Source: an uncultured Clostridia bacterium (GTDB lineage: Bacteria > Bacillota > Clostridia > Christensenellales > UBA1242). From it: a DNA stretch of 64,000 nucleotides. The notes under the pieces were generated by a model. The model was not told where the DNA came from. It saw only the letters and a program-made list of their open reading frames with translations, and searched no databases. How positions within the stretch are numbered: position 1 is the first letter of the stretch; each line of letters opens with the position of its first letter. Below are positions 1-11,358 of the stretch, piece by piece. The stretch lies in contig CAMENR010000003.1 of assembly GCA_945928645.1 (NCBI GenBank), forward strand, positions 40-64,039, read 5' to 3'. The translations under genes and the position numbers were made by a program.

Positions 1-1137
<1,137 letters not shown>

Positions 1138-1472
1138 TCTATTTGATCAACATCAGTAACTTTATTTCTAAAGCATTATGATAAAATCGTTTGACAATGT
1201 TCTTGTTATATTACTCAGCGTAAATTGAATTTACATTCAAATCGGTTCGATTTAATTGAAAATACATATTACACGTTTCCAACAGAAAAACATATTTACT
1301 AAATAAATTTAGCAGATAATTTTATGTTGAAAAATTTGCGTTTTAATTCTTAAACTTCAAAGTAAAAAAATTAACTCGATATTTGTCTTCTCATACAAAA
1401 TAAATATGCAGTTGTGATGGTGCTGTTGTCGTGCCGTAGCACGTTCGTAACCTTTGCGGTAACGACAAGGCA

Positions 1473-1501
1473 AGAATACCATAAGGAAAATTTACTGTCA
1501 A
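1473..1501 (-). promoter_or_regulatory. Candidate sigma-A promoter for the 23S rRNA transcript
   Basis: Minus strand reads aaatttttcaaaaaagTTGTTGACAgtaaattttccttatggTATTCTtgcc. The -35 is a perfect TTGACA (1496-1501), the spacer is 17 nt, and the -10 is TATTCT (1473-1478). An A/T-rich UP-like tract lies upstream. The site is about 330 nt upstream of the mature 23S 5' end. Confidence 0.45.
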
Positions 1502-1825
1502 CAACTTTTTTGAAAAATTTCTCTTTTTTTTCGGCATTTTTCCACAAATATACGGACACTCTGCCGAGTGTTTGCAATTTTGACCATTTTTTCATCTCTT
1601 TTTATCCCATTTTTTTAATAAAAGCATTACAAACTTTTGCTTTATATTTTTTTTATAGCGACCCAAATAAAAACTGTAACTCTATATAAAAACAATTATT
1701 TTACGCCGATAGAAACTATAGCCCTACCCCTTTCTCCAAATTGCTATTTTATTTGTTATTTAGGATATTAATTATTATATACATAGTAACAACATAAAAT
1801 ATGGCAAATAAATAACAAAAAATTA

Positions 1826-1854
1826 TTTTCAAATTAAAAAATATATGCTAAAAT
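1826..1854 (+). promoter_or_regulatory. Candidate extended -10 promoter for asnS
   Basis: TGcTAAAAT at 1846-1854 and TTTTCA at 1826-1831, with a 17-nt spacer. The same TGCTAAAAT motif recurs at 50896-50904. Confidence 0.4.
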
Positions 1855-1929
1855 ACATCGGACAATATTTAGAAGGTTGAAAAACCTTTAAGTTGTATCA
1901 AAATGGCCATAAGGCAAAAGAAGGCAAAT

Positions 1930-3309
1930 ATGAAAATACTAGAAATTAAGAAATTACACAAAGAAACAACAAAATATGCTGGCAAGACCGTAAAGATTGG
2001 TGGCTGGGTAAGAAGTGTCAGAGATAGTAAAAATTTTGGATTTATTGACCTAAATGACGGCACAAGTTTTAAGGGAGTGCAAATCGTATTCACTCCAGAA
2101 AAGATTGCAAACTACAGTGAAGTTGCAAAACTTAACGCAGGCTCCAGCATAACTTGCACAGGGACTTTGCTAGAAACTCCAAACAACAAACAACCATTTG
2201 AAATTCAGGCTGACAGTATAGATATAATCTGTAAGACAGACACAGACTATCCTCTGCAAAAGAAAGGGCACTCGATGGAGTTTTTGAGAGAGCAAGCCTA
2301 TCTTAGACCAAGAACGAACCTTTTTAACGCAGTGTTTAGGGTGAGGAGTGAAAGTTCATTTGCTTTGCACGAATTTTTCCACAAGGAAGGATTTGTGTAT
2401 GTTCATGCCCCAATACTAACATCTTCCGACTGTGAAGGGGCTGGAGAATTGTTTAAGGTTAGCACGCAGGATATTTATGCAGGCAAAAAACTTGACCCAA
2501 AAGACGAACTTTTTGCAAAAAAGGTATTCCTTTCGCCATCATGCCAGTTGGAAGGCGAGGCATTTGCGTTGTCAATGGGCAAAATTTATACCTTTGGCCC
2601 ATCATTTAGGGCAGAAAACAGCAACACAGTAAAACACGTCAACGAATTTTGGCACATAGAACCAGAAGTGGCATTTTATGAACTCTTTGATGATATGGAC
2701 CTTATGGAAAAAATGATAAAATATGTAATCAACCACTTGTTTGACCGCTGTCATGACGAGTTGGAATTCTTTGATAAGTTCGTAGAAAAAGGACTTTTGG
2801 ACAAACTTCACAACGTTGCAGACAGCGAGTTTGCTAGAGTAACCTACACAGAAGCAATAGAAATTCTTTCCAAAAACAACAAAAACTTTGAATTCCCTGT
2901 AAAATGGGGTGATGATATCCAGACAGAACACGAGAAATATCTCACTCAAAATATTTATGGTAGGCCAGTATTTGTTTATGATTATCCAAAAGAAATAAAG
3001 GCTTTCTATATGAAACTGAATGACGACAACAAGACAGTCAAAGCAACAGACTTGCTAGTGCCAGGCATTGGAGAATTGTGTGGAGCAAGCGAAAGAGAAG
3101 AAAGGTATGACGTTTTGCTAAACAGAATCCACGAACTTGGACTAAATGAAAAAGATTATTGGTGGTATCTCAACCTTCGCAAATTTGGCAGTGTAAAGCA
3201 TAGCGGGTTTGGTATGGGATTTGATAGATTTGTTATGTATGTAACTGGTATGCAAAACATTCGAGATGTATTGCCATTCCCAAGGACACCAAAGAACTGT
3301 GAATACTAA
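1930..3309 (+). CDS. asnS: Asparagine--tRNA ligase (class IIb aaRS)
   Basis: Motifs FGPSFRAENSNTVKHVNEFWHIEPEVAF and GFGMGFDRFVMY, plus an N-terminal OB-fold sequence MKILEIKKL...GWVRSVRDSKNFGFIDLNDG typical of AsnRS. The track ORF starts at 1903, but the ATG at 1930 follows AGAAGG and gives the canonical N-terminus. Stop TAA at 3307-3309. Confidence 0.93.
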   Translation: MKILEIKKLHKETTKYAGKTVKIGGWVRSVRDSKNFGFIDLNDGTSFKGVQIVFTPEKIANYSEVAKLNAGSSITCTGTLLETPNNKQPFEIQADSIDIICKTDTDYPLQKKGHSMEFLREQAYLRPRTNLFNAVFRVRSESSFALHEFFHKEGFVYVHAPILTSSDCEGAGELFKVSTQDIYAGKKLDPKDELFAKKVFLSPSCQLEGEAFALSMGKIYTFGPSFRAENSNTVKHVNEFWHIEPEVAFYELFDDMDLMEKMIKYVINHLFDRCHDELEFFDKFVEKGLLDKLHNVADSEFARVTYTEAIEILSKNNKNFEFPVKWGDDIQTEHEKYLTQNIYGRPVFVYDYPKEIKAFYMKLNDDNKTVKATDLLVPGIGELCGASEREERYDVLLNRIHELGLNEKDYWWYLNLRKFGSVKHSGFGMGFDRFVMYVTGMQNIRDVLPFPRTPKNCEY

Positions 3310-3340
3310 TATTGTAAAGATTGCAACAAATACAATCAAC

Positions 3341-3379
3341 AAAAAACACACCTAAGTATAAGGTGTGTTTTTTGTTTTG
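3341..3379. terminator. Bidirectional rho-independent terminator between convergent asnS and the 1418-aa gene
   Basis: aaaaAACACACCTaagtataAGGTGTGTTttttgttttg: a 9-bp GC-containing stem with an A-run upstream and a T-run downstream. Confidence 0.7.
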
Positions 3380-3525
3380 TATCGACTAGATATTGTAAAA
3401 CTTTACTATAAAAATGCTGTTGTGAATACACTATTGTAAATACACTTACAATTAAGATATTTACAACTATATCTTTTTGGCATAATGTAAACATTATTTA
3501 CTATTTAGCCTTGCAGAAATGATTA

Positions 3526-6500
3526 TTAAGGAACAAGTGTAGCTATATTGTCTAGTGCAGTTTTTATTTCTCCCATCAAGTCTTTGTAATATTTATCTCC
3601 GCTATAAGTGCCTTGTGGGTTGTCTGTTGCATAACTTTCAAAATGATACTTCTCACCATTTATTATTTCTTCTACCCTTGCACTACCCCCTTTATGCTCT
3701 GGATCAGATGATGCTGGAAGTTTAACTTCTGCAACTTCTTTTAATTTATCAAATACTATAGTTGCAATGTCTTTTGCCACTTCTTTATCGGCAATTTTTT
3801 GCATCTTCTCTATGCTGTCTAGATTTTGTCCGATTGTTGTAGCACTAGTCTGGAACCCTTCGTATGTCGTTACTTCTTGCATTTCGTCAAGTTTAGCCTT
3901 AAGAGAAATAACCTCTGCAAACATACTTTCATACTTGCCAGTTTCCTCCAAATCTACTACCGAAAGAGCCTTTGTTTTTATTGATGTTGCAATATCATTA
4001 TATTGTGAAGTGTCTGCCACATAACTAGACATTTTTTGGTCAAAGAAATAACCAATCAATTGTCCTATAATAGATTTGTTAAACAACACACTGTTGTCGC
4101 TTTCTGCTTTGTCTAGTTTTTTGCCAATTTTGTCGATTTCGATAACATTGCTGTTCATATCAGTTAACATACTATCAAGATGGCCAAATTCCATTTCATA
4201 ATCAACTATACCTACCGCATTAGAACCAATGGTATTTAGTATTTCTTTCAAGTCGTCTGCCATAGTAGTGTATGTCGCAAGTTGCTTGTTAATAACAACA
4301 TTTATAACTTCTGCTATTACATCTTTTGTAATAATAACACTTGCGTTAGGAGTTGCTGTTATGCTATTGAATACTTCCCCTGCAATGATGGCATTTTCTG
4401 GGTCAGTTTCCTTTCTTACCAGTTTTATTGGGTTTTGGCTTGCAAAGTCTTTAATTTGAGCCATATAGCCAAATTCTCTTTCATAAGACTCTATTTGCAC
4501 TGGATTAGTAGTGCTTTCTAGTTTTGCTTTTATGATATTTTTGGCAACATTATAGTCCGCTGGAACATTTTTATTAACATAATAAACTACTACATCATTC
4601 AAAATAGTTGGGATAAGGACGGAAGAAGACTTAATATTATCTATTGTTTTGCCAATTTCCACCAAGGTTTTGGAAGAATCTTTTGCAATCTCAACAAGTT
4701 TTATCAAATTTTCAAACTCTGTTTGATAGCAAGTAACATTATCCACATTGGCACAAATCCCAGCATATTCTTCGTTGCCAACAACTATCACTTTAAGGTC
4801 GCTGTCCAACGAAGATGAAGAATCTTTTATAAAGTATTTCAAGAACTCCTTAATAACTTCATTGGTCAAAAGGCTGCTTTGGGTGGTTGTTTCCGATTCC
4901 AATCTGTCAGTTTTCTTGCCAGTTAGCAAGTCAAACTGCCTACCTATTGCACTAAACTTCACTTGCTCTGCAGACAATTCAATTGTTCCTTCCCAATCTG
5001 TTTTATTAACTGTGTTCATAAGATTTGTTAGGTTAAGAATTTCCTTTTCGTAAGAGGTTACATAAGGAATATTATTTTTTATTAAGTTAATCAAATTCTC
5101 TTTTTCTTCGTTGCCATTTACAAAGGTTGCAGACTCTCTATCTATATAATAGCCAACCACTGCTCTTACTTCTGCTTCGCCAAAAATTTTACTGCCCATC
5201 ACATTGTCTAGCATTTCACCCATTTGCACAAGGTCGCTTGTGGCAAAGTCTGTTGCAAACAATGATTTCAACTTGCCAAGTTCTGTTTTCCAAGAAGTTA
5301 CACTGCTTTCGCCATTGTCCTCATTGTAAATGTTGTTAAGCACACTTTCCTTAACAGTAAGTCTTGTTGTTGGGTTGACTTCTACTGCCATAATTTTGTC
5401 TATTTCACTTTCTGCTTCTCCTGGTTTTGCCAAAAGATTTTTTTCCAAAAAGTTATTTATCAAGGCACGCAGAATTTTGTTTTCCACAAAAAGATGGGTA
5501 TTTTTCTCTCCGTTTACTACTTCCATTGCTTTGTCTATCGCTTCGCCCAAAGTTTCAAAGGAAGTATTTTCTGGATTTTTTAGTGCTTCTTTGTCAAAGT
5601 TTGACAAGGTTGTTGTTGCTTTTCTCAATACATCGAGCGAATATTTAAGCTCATTTCCCCAGTTTTTTATCTCACTCTTGCCTGTTGATTTTTCGCCAGT
5701 CCATATTTGACCTAGGATATATTCCTTAAGAGTTATATCCGTTGCGACTTCCTCCACCATTTTGGTATCCACAACCATATTTAGATATTCTGTGATTGAA
5801 GTGTCGCTTAAAGAATCTATCAATCCACTCAATACTTCTTTTATGTTGTAGTTAGTTATCAACACAGATTTTGCATCGATTGCTTTTTGAAGTGCAACAC
5901 CTATCCTTGTTGTTGGGCCATTTTCGTCCTCTGAATAATTAGATGCAAATATTGATTCTAACCTAAAAGTTGGGTCTTCACTCATAACTTGCATAACAGT
6001 GTTGATAAGTGGAGCAATGGATCGCAATTCCTTCTCCCAACTATGCTCTATGGTGATATCTTCCAGAGAGTTTAATATGGCAGAAAATTTACTTTCTTCC
6101 CCAACAGCCAATTCTTCGCCAAGCAGTTCTGTTGCCATATCTTTGACAAAGTCCAACAATCCCTGATAACTAGAATCCGACAAAAGCCTTTGACGAGCCA
6201 CATCAACTACTTTGCCCAAAGCACCATAAGCATTGCAAGCATCTTCTTCTGTTGCAAATGAACCATTTACCTTTTTATTGTCCAGTTTGAAATATGTTAC
6301 AACATTTTCCAAAATATCTTTTAGGTCTTGTTTTAGAGATGTTGTTGTAATCTTCTGTGAACTCTCAAAGCCGATAATTCCCATACTTTCAAAGAGCATT
6401 TGGACTGTTGAATCTAATAGTTTTGGGAATTCTCCCGAGAGCAAATCTACCTTGAACAAGTTTTCTGCCAAAGCCGAACTAAATGTCTTTGGGTTAACAT

Positions 6501-7782
6501 TATTGTTGACTAGCAAAGTTATAACTTGCTCGGCAGAAGATATTTCTCCCTTGATTATTGGCACCAAAATGCCATTGTCATTGAGCAAGGTTGCTATATC
6601 TACCACAGCTTCTAGTTGAGGCATAAATGAGTCTATTTTAAGTGGGTTTTCTGCAGTGGCATTTTTATATGCTTGTTTCAACAAAGTAGCATAATCTTGA
6701 CCTTGAATAACAAGCTTAAAATCGTCATTGTTAGCAAAATATTTGTCCACAAAGAATGGCAAAAGATCATTGCCAATTGTGCTTATAAGTTTGCTTTCAT
6801 TAAGCGAAAAAAGCATTTCCTTTATGTTGCTAAGTGCATCAGAAACAGAATCTTTGTCGCAAGTAGATGTGTTTTCTAGGAAACTTGAGAGTGCAGTATA
6901 TTTGTTATATAAGCTTATGCCATTGTCTACCTCGCTTGAAAGATAAATCTTTTCTCCGCTAACTTCTACAGTCGCAAGGCTATTAAACAACATATTAGAC
7001 ATATATTCTACACCTGTGTAAGTGGCGACTTCAAACGCATAAGACCCTTGATAACTATTGAGATATTTCTGGGTTTCTGGGTCAATAACCGTTGGCAAAT
7101 AAGGAACTTCTTCTCCAGCCTCATTTTGCGTAACAAGGTTTGCATTTGCCTTTTGATATATAGAATTAAGGCCAATGATTGGATTAAGTGTAACTACACA
7201 CAATACAAGCCCAGCCACTATACCTACCAATGCACCGGCAAACCTGTTTTTACCTGTAACGACCAGGTTTTCTGGTATATCGTCATCATCTACAGGCACA
7301 CCACGTTTTTTCAAGTTTTTTACTTTGCGTTTGTATTCTTTTAGTTTCCTCTTTTTCTTATCAAAAAATCTTGATGCAAACATTACCCACAATGGATAAA
7401 GCAAGATTTTAAGTAGCCAAAACCCCAACACAAAAACTACGACATTAAGTATCATTGTAGGGAAATTTTCAGCAAATGTTTTGATTGATTCGCTCTGTGC
7501 TATTGCTTCATCTAAGTTTAGTGAATTGAGAATATTTACACCAATATCACTTAACTTGTTCACAGGGCCATTTATATTTATCCCAAATGACGAAATGTCA
7601 AAGTTTTTTAGCCAGTTGGTTATTGTTGGTGTGAATATCCACAAAAGAGCACCAGTTGCCAGTAGCCATATTAGTCTAAAGGTGGTTTTGCCAAAGCCCC
7701 TTTTTATGCCAAACAACATAGAGCTCAATATAAAAAATCCCATAAGACCTAATATTATATATCCAACAATCGAACTATCCAT
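3526..7782 (-). CDS. Large membrane protein: N-terminal CvpA-like 4-TM domain fused to a ~1,200-aa uncharacterised, predicted helical domain
   Basis: AGGAG RBS 7 nt before the ATG. The N-terminus MDSSIVGYIILGLMGFFILSSMLFGIKRGFGKTTFRLIWLLATGALLWIF resembles the CvpA/Colicin_V family (PF02674). Four hydrophobic helices lie within the first ~205 aa. I recognise no motif in the remainder. Confidence 0.8.
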   Translation of the reverse strand: MDSSIVGYIILGLMGFFILSSMLFGIKRGFGKTTFRLIWLLATGALLWIFTPTITNWLKNFDISSFGININGPVNKLSDIGVNILNSLNLDEAIAQSESIKTFAENFPTMILNVVVFVLGFWLLKILLYPLWVMFASRFFDKKKRKLKEYKRKVKNLKKRGVPVDDDDIPENLVVTGKNRFAGALVGIVAGLVLCVVTLNPIIGLNSIYQKANANLVTQNEAGEEVPYLPTVIDPETQKYLNSYQGSYAFEVATYTGVEYMSNMLFNSLATVEVSGEKIYLSSEVDNGISLYNKYTALSSFLENTSTCDKDSVSDALSNIKEMLFSLNESKLISTIGNDLLPFFVDKYFANNDDFKLVIQGQDYATLLKQAYKNATAENPLKIDSFMPQLEAVVDIATLLNDNGILVPIIKGEISSAEQVITLLVNNNVNPKTFSSALAENLFKVDLLSGEFPKLLDSTVQMLFESMGIIGFESSQKITTTSLKQDLKDILENVVTYFKLDNKKVNGSFATEEDACNAYGALGKVVDVARQRLLSDSSYQGLLDFVKDMATELLGEELAVGEESKFSAILNSLEDITIEHSWEKELRSIAPLINTVMQVMSEDPTFRLESIFASNYSEDENGPTTRIGVALQKAIDAKSVLITNYNIKEVLSGLIDSLSDTSITEYLNMVVDTKMVEEVATDITLKEYILGQIWTGEKSTGKSEIKNWGNELKYSLDVLRKATTTLSNFDKEALKNPENTSFETLGEAIDKAMEVVNGEKNTHLFVENKILRALINNFLEKNLLAKPGEAESEIDKIMAVEVNPTTRLTVKESVLNNIYNEDNGESSVTSWKTELGKLKSLFATDFATSDLVQMGEMLDNVMGSKIFGEAEVRAVVGYYIDRESATFVNGNEEKENLINLIKNNIPYVTSYEKEILNLTNLMNTVNKTDWEGTIELSAEQVKFSAIGRQFDLLTGKKTDRLESETTTQSSLLTNEVIKEFLKYFIKDSSSSLDSDLKVIVVGNEEYAGICANVDNVTCYQTEFENLIKLVEIAKDSSKTLVEIGKTIDNIKSSSVLIPTILNDVVVYYVNKNVPADYNVAKNIIKAKLESTTNPVQIESYEREFGYMAQIKDFASQNPIKLVRKETDPENAIIAGEVFNSITATPNASVIITKDVIAEVINVVINKQLATYTTMADDLKEILNTIGSNAVGIVDYEMEFGHLDSMLTDMNSNVIEIDKIGKKLDKAESDNSVLFNKSIIGQLIGYFFDQKMSSYVADTSQYNDIATSIKTKALSVVDLEETGKYESMFAEVISLKAKLDEMQEVTTYEGFQTSATTIGQNLDSIEKMQKIADKEVAKDIATIVFDKLKEVAEVKLPASSDPEHKGGSARVEEIINGEKYHFESYATDNPQGTYSGDKYYKDLMGEIKTALDNIATLVP

Positions 7783-7940
7783 AGTAAACTCCTATATATA
7801 TTTTTTAATTTAACACTAATAATATACGACAAAATGAAAAAAGTTCAAAATGATTTTGTTTTTTTTGTGCTTTTATATAAAAAATTTTTAATTTTCAACA
7901 AATTACTTTGTTTTTCATATAGAAATAGGAGGTAAAAAAA

Positions 7941-9020
7941 GTGAAAATATGTGTTTATGCTATATGCAAAAATGAAGAAAAGTTTGCTGAAAGATGGATG
8001 AATAGTATGAGCGAAGCAGATGGAATATATGTGCTGGATACTGGGAGTTCAGATAATACGGTATCCATTCTATCAAAACTGGGAGCAAATGTGAAAACAG
8101 AAATAATATCCCCTTGGCGATTTGATGTGGCAAGAAATAGGAGTTTGCAACTTGTCCCAGATGATTGTGATGTATGTGTTTGCACAGACCTTGATGAAAT
8201 TTTTGAAAAAGGTTGGAGGAATAAGTTGGAAGGGTCTTGGCAAAAAGGAAAACATTTGCAGGCAAATTATACATATGTTTGGAATGTTTTGCCAAATGGA
8301 AAAGATGGCATAACTTTTTTGTATCAAAAGACTCACTCAAGGCATCATTTCAAATGGGTATATCCAGTGCATGAAGTCTTGGAATGTGATAAAGAAATAA
8401 CAGAAAATGAAATTTGTCATTGCGAAAATATAGTTTTGCGACATTTTCCAGATGACACCAAAAGTAGAGGGCAATATTTAGACTTGCTAAAGTTAAGTGT
8501 TGCAGAACACCCAGAAAGCGATCGAAACACTCATTATCTTGCACGAGAATATATGTTTGCAGGAGATTACCCTTCTGCAATAAGATATTTCAAAAAGCAC
8601 CTCAATCTACCTACTGCAACGTGGAAGGAAGAAAGAAGTGCTAGTTATAGATATATTGGTGATTGCTATCTTTATCAAAACAAACAATCTCTTGCTAAAC
8701 AATTTTATAAAAAATCAATTTGTGAAAGCCCAACCACACGAGAAGGTTATTTGGCTTTGGCAAAATTGCTGTATAACCAAAAAAAATATTTTGACTGTTA
8801 TATAACTTTGAAAGCAATGCTAGACATAACTGCCCGCAATCTTACATATATTTCTTCTCCAGAATGTTGGGACGAAACAGCATATGACCTATTATCATTG
8901 TGTTCACACTACCTTAATATGCCAGAAGAGGCTTACAAATATTGTTCCCTTGCACTATTGCAAAACCCACAAGACAAAAGGCTAACAGACAATCTACAAT
9001 ATTTTAGATCTCTCCTGTAA
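7941..9020 (+). CDS. Glycosyltransferase (GT-A / family 2-like N-terminus) with C-terminal TPR repeats
   Basis: GTG start 8 nt after AGGAGG. KICVYAICKNEEKFAERWMNSMSEADGIYVLDTGSSDNT and TDLDE (DxD-like) are typical of GT2. The C-terminal half has TPR-like A/Y/L periodicity (YLAREYMFAGDYPSAIRYFKKHL..., REGYLALAKLLYNQKKYFDC...). Confidence 0.8.
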   Translation: MKICVYAICKNEEKFAERWMNSMSEADGIYVLDTGSSDNTVSILSKLGANVKTEIISPWRFDVARNRSLQLVPDDCDVCVCTDLDEIFEKGWRNKLEGSWQKGKHLQANYTYVWNVLPNGKDGITFLYQKTHSRHHFKWVYPVHEVLECDKEITENEICHCENIVLRHFPDDTKSRGQYLDLLKLSVAEHPESDRNTHYLAREYMFAGDYPSAIRYFKKHLNLPTATWKEERSASYRYIGDCYLYQNKQSLAKQFYKKSICESPTTREGYLALAKLLYNQKKYFDCYITLKAMLDITARNLTYISSPECWDETAYDLLSLCSHYLNMPEEAYKYCSLALLQNPQDKRLTDNLQYFRSLL

Positions 9021-9603
9021 AGGCTCCAAGTTTTTTGGCAGACATAATCTTATTTACCTTGTAACTATTTATAAATGCAAGCCATGTTCCGCCAACTGCC
9101 AATGCATTGCCACCAAACCACAAATATGCAGAACGCAGTGTAGTAAGGGATTCGGATATCTGCATAAATAGAACTCTATACAAACAATCAAGAGTGGCAA
9201 ATGTGGTAATAAAAATAGATGCTATCAATGACACAATAAACAGAGCCTTATAAACTTTTGACTTCCTCTCTGGAAATTTTGAATTGGTGTTGCGTGCAAT
9301 AGTGAACAGACAAAACATAGCAACAACCAGCCCAACCAAAATACAAGCAGAAACATACTTTGCATAAGTAAGCATCAATAAGTTATTACCTATTGACTCT
9401 TTCCCTGCAGAATTTATTTCAATAACTAGCCTTAAAATCTCTGAATAAACTATCTGATGAATAAGACAGAAGAACACCACAACACTTACACATAAAAATA
9501 ATAAGCTAAACTTAAAGCCAGACTCCAGCCTCCTGGACACTTCAATTCTTTCATAAAACATTTTGTTTATTTCCTTTGCAGAAAGTTCTTCTGTATCTTT
9601 CAT
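9004..9603 (-). CDS. Hypothetical multi-pass membrane protein
   Basis: The track ORF is 9004..9666. The preferred start at 9603 (MKDTEEL...) follows AAGGAG-N9. About four hydrophobic segments. The 3' end overlaps the convergent GT gene by 17 nt. Confidence 0.6.
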   Translation of the reverse strand: MKDTEELSAKEINKMFYERIEVSRRLESGFKFSLLFLCVSVVVFFCLIHQIVYSEILRLVIEINSAGKESIGNNLLMLTYAKYVSACILVGLVVAMFCLFTIARNTNSKFPERKSKVYKALFIVSLIASIFITTFATLDCLYRVLFMQISESLTTLRSAYLWFGGNALAVGGTWLAFINSYKVNKIMSAKKLGAFTGEI

Positions 9604-9685
9604 CACACATTTCTCCTTCAAATAACTCAATAATAGAATTCTAACCTTTTTGTGCATTTTTATCAAGCAAAATTGCTATCTTATT

Positions 9686-11203
9686 TTAGTCAATTCCTAA
9701 ATTTTCATTTTCTACAGATGAAACCAGAATAATTTGTAGCACAAAGAAACCGAAAAGAATGGTCGCAACACAACTAAGCATACCCTGTATCGCTATTGCC
9801 ATAATCATACAAAAAATAAAAAATTTTGTTGAAGATTTTTTGTTATTTATATTTTCTACTTGTTGCATATTTCCTAGCGATCTATCATTTATCTCCCATG
9901 TGAAGTTCGCCAATTTTTTTTGTATATTTGTTTTGCTTTTTTTATCATTCAACTTTCCCTTTAGGTAGGCAAAGAAATTTGCATTACGATTTCCGCAGAA
10001 GAATGTCCAATATTTTTGAATGTAAAAAGGAATCACAAGTATCGTCCCTACAATACCCGTTGATGTGAGCCATTGCAAAATAGTATTGTGGCAGGCTACA
10101 ATATAACCAACTGTGCTAGGTGGAATAACATCTGTCATAAAACCAATACCAAAAATAGGAGAGGATATAAACTTGTCCCAACACCAAGGCCACAATTCTT
10201 CTCTACCACTGCCAGAAAGTCCACGAAGAACAATATCAAAAACAAAATTTCTTATCGCTTCAGATATCAAAATCAATAATAGAGCAATCAAAGCTAAACA
10301 ACCAACACCCCACCAAAAATATTTTCTTTTGCCATGCTTTGCAAATAGTTTGTAAACAATGAACAACAGGATAGGTATTACACTTAAAAATACTGCTCTG
10401 CAATTTGTTAATAACATACCCACAAACAAATAAATTACAACCAAGATATATATTGCTATTTGCCACTGTTTATGCGTGTTTTCAAAAATATAAAAACAAG
10501 CAAAAATACCCAAGCCTGCAAGCAAAGCACAATGATTGATACTGATTGAAGATATCCACTGCACCTCTCTACTTAATATAGCAGAAATGGGAGATGAGGT
10601 GCATAAACAAAGGAAAACAAATTGTGAAATGGCGGAGAATGCCAATATTATTATGCTTTTTAGCAAATAATCAGCAAGGTTTTTTGAACAATTTATTGCA
10701 ATAAAATAAAGAAAATGAGTTGCTACACAAGTAAGTATTATTTTGAATAACCTATTTGCATCAAAATACCCACAACAGCCTGCCAAGATAAATGCTACAT
10801 CAGCGATTATTAGCGGAAAGAATAAATTACCCAAACGATAAATTTTGACATCTGTTTGGTTAGAAGAGTTAGTCTTTTTTGATAAAATACCCTTGCCACG
10901 ATGTTTCCAAAAATAATATATAATTGCCAATAAATTGACAAACAGTATTATAATAGGATTAAACCTTGAGAAAAATGGCAGAGCAAAAACGGCACAAAAA
11001 ACAAGATTTAGACTGTCACAAAATATAAATGTAACAAAACAGACTGCAATCAAAATAAAAAATGTCAGTCCTTCCAGTCTAAATATCCAGGACAAAAAGC
11101 ACAAAGCACACATAACTGCCACTGCCCAAGGCGACTCCAAAAAAACTCTTATCTTTTGATAATTAACCCCTTTTGTAGTGGTTGAAATAATATTATTTTC
11201 CAT
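9686..11203 (-). CDS. O-antigen ligase family (Wzy_C domain) polytopic membrane protein
   Basis: More than 10 hydrophobic helices, plus the Wzy_C signature GSGREELWPWCWDKFISSPIFGIGF...ACHNTILQWLTSTGIVG (GRxxxW...PxxGxG...HNxxLxxxxxxGxxG). Confidence 0.8.
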   Translation of the reverse strand: MENNIISTTTKGVNYQKIRVFLESPWAVAVMCALCFLSWIFRLEGLTFFILIAVCFVTFIFCDSLNLVFCAVFALPFFSRFNPIIILFVNLLAIIYYFWKHRGKGILSKKTNSSNQTDVKIYRLGNLFFPLIIADVAFILAGCCGYFDANRLFKIILTCVATHFLYFIAINCSKNLADYLLKSIIILAFSAISQFVFLCLCTSSPISAILSREVQWISSISINHCALLAGLGIFACFYIFENTHKQWQIAIYILVVIYLFVGMLLTNCRAVFLSVIPILLFIVYKLFAKHGKRKYFWWGVGCLALIALLLILISEAIRNFVFDIVLRGLSGSGREELWPWCWDKFISSPIFGIGFMTDVIPPSTVGYIVACHNTILQWLTSTGIVGTILVIPFYIQKYWTFFCGNRNANFFAYLKGKLNDKKSKTNIQKKLANFTWEINDRSLGNMQQVENINNKKSSTKFFIFCMIMAIAIQGMLSCVATILFGFFVLQIILVSSVENENLGID

Positions 11204-11245
11204 AAAAATATTTTAACAATGTATACCATTTTAGTCAAATATTAC

Positions 11246-11279
11246 AATAAAAAATCAAGCCAAAATTTAGCCTGATTTT
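11246..11279 (-). terminator. Rho-independent terminator after the thioesterase gene
   Basis: Minus strand reads aaaatcaggctaaattttggcttgattttttatt: an imperfect stem followed by a T-run. Confidence 0.5.
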
Positions 11280-11358
11280 ATTATTAAGTATTTTTTTATG
11301 TAATCTATTTCCTAACGCCAACCTCTTTAATACCAATTTTATATTATTTAATAGGCTA

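Noticed and set aside
1371-2093. ORFs 1371..1595(-), 1414..1689(+) and 1869..2093(-), plus a possible T-box or riboswitch leader upstream of asnS.
   Set aside because: The ORFs are low-complexity, have no RBS, and sit in the rRNA leader or promoter spacer, or antisense to the asnS start. I looked for the T-box consensus (AANNNGGGTGGTACCGCG-like) and a specifier hairpin between 1560 and 1902 and found none.
3434-3451. Perfect palindrome TTGTAA-atacac-TTACAA, with similar TTGTAAA/TTTACAA half-sites nearby.
   Set aside because: It lies downstream of both convergent genes with no promoter to regulate. It is also made of AT-rich hexamers that are likely by chance in this composition.
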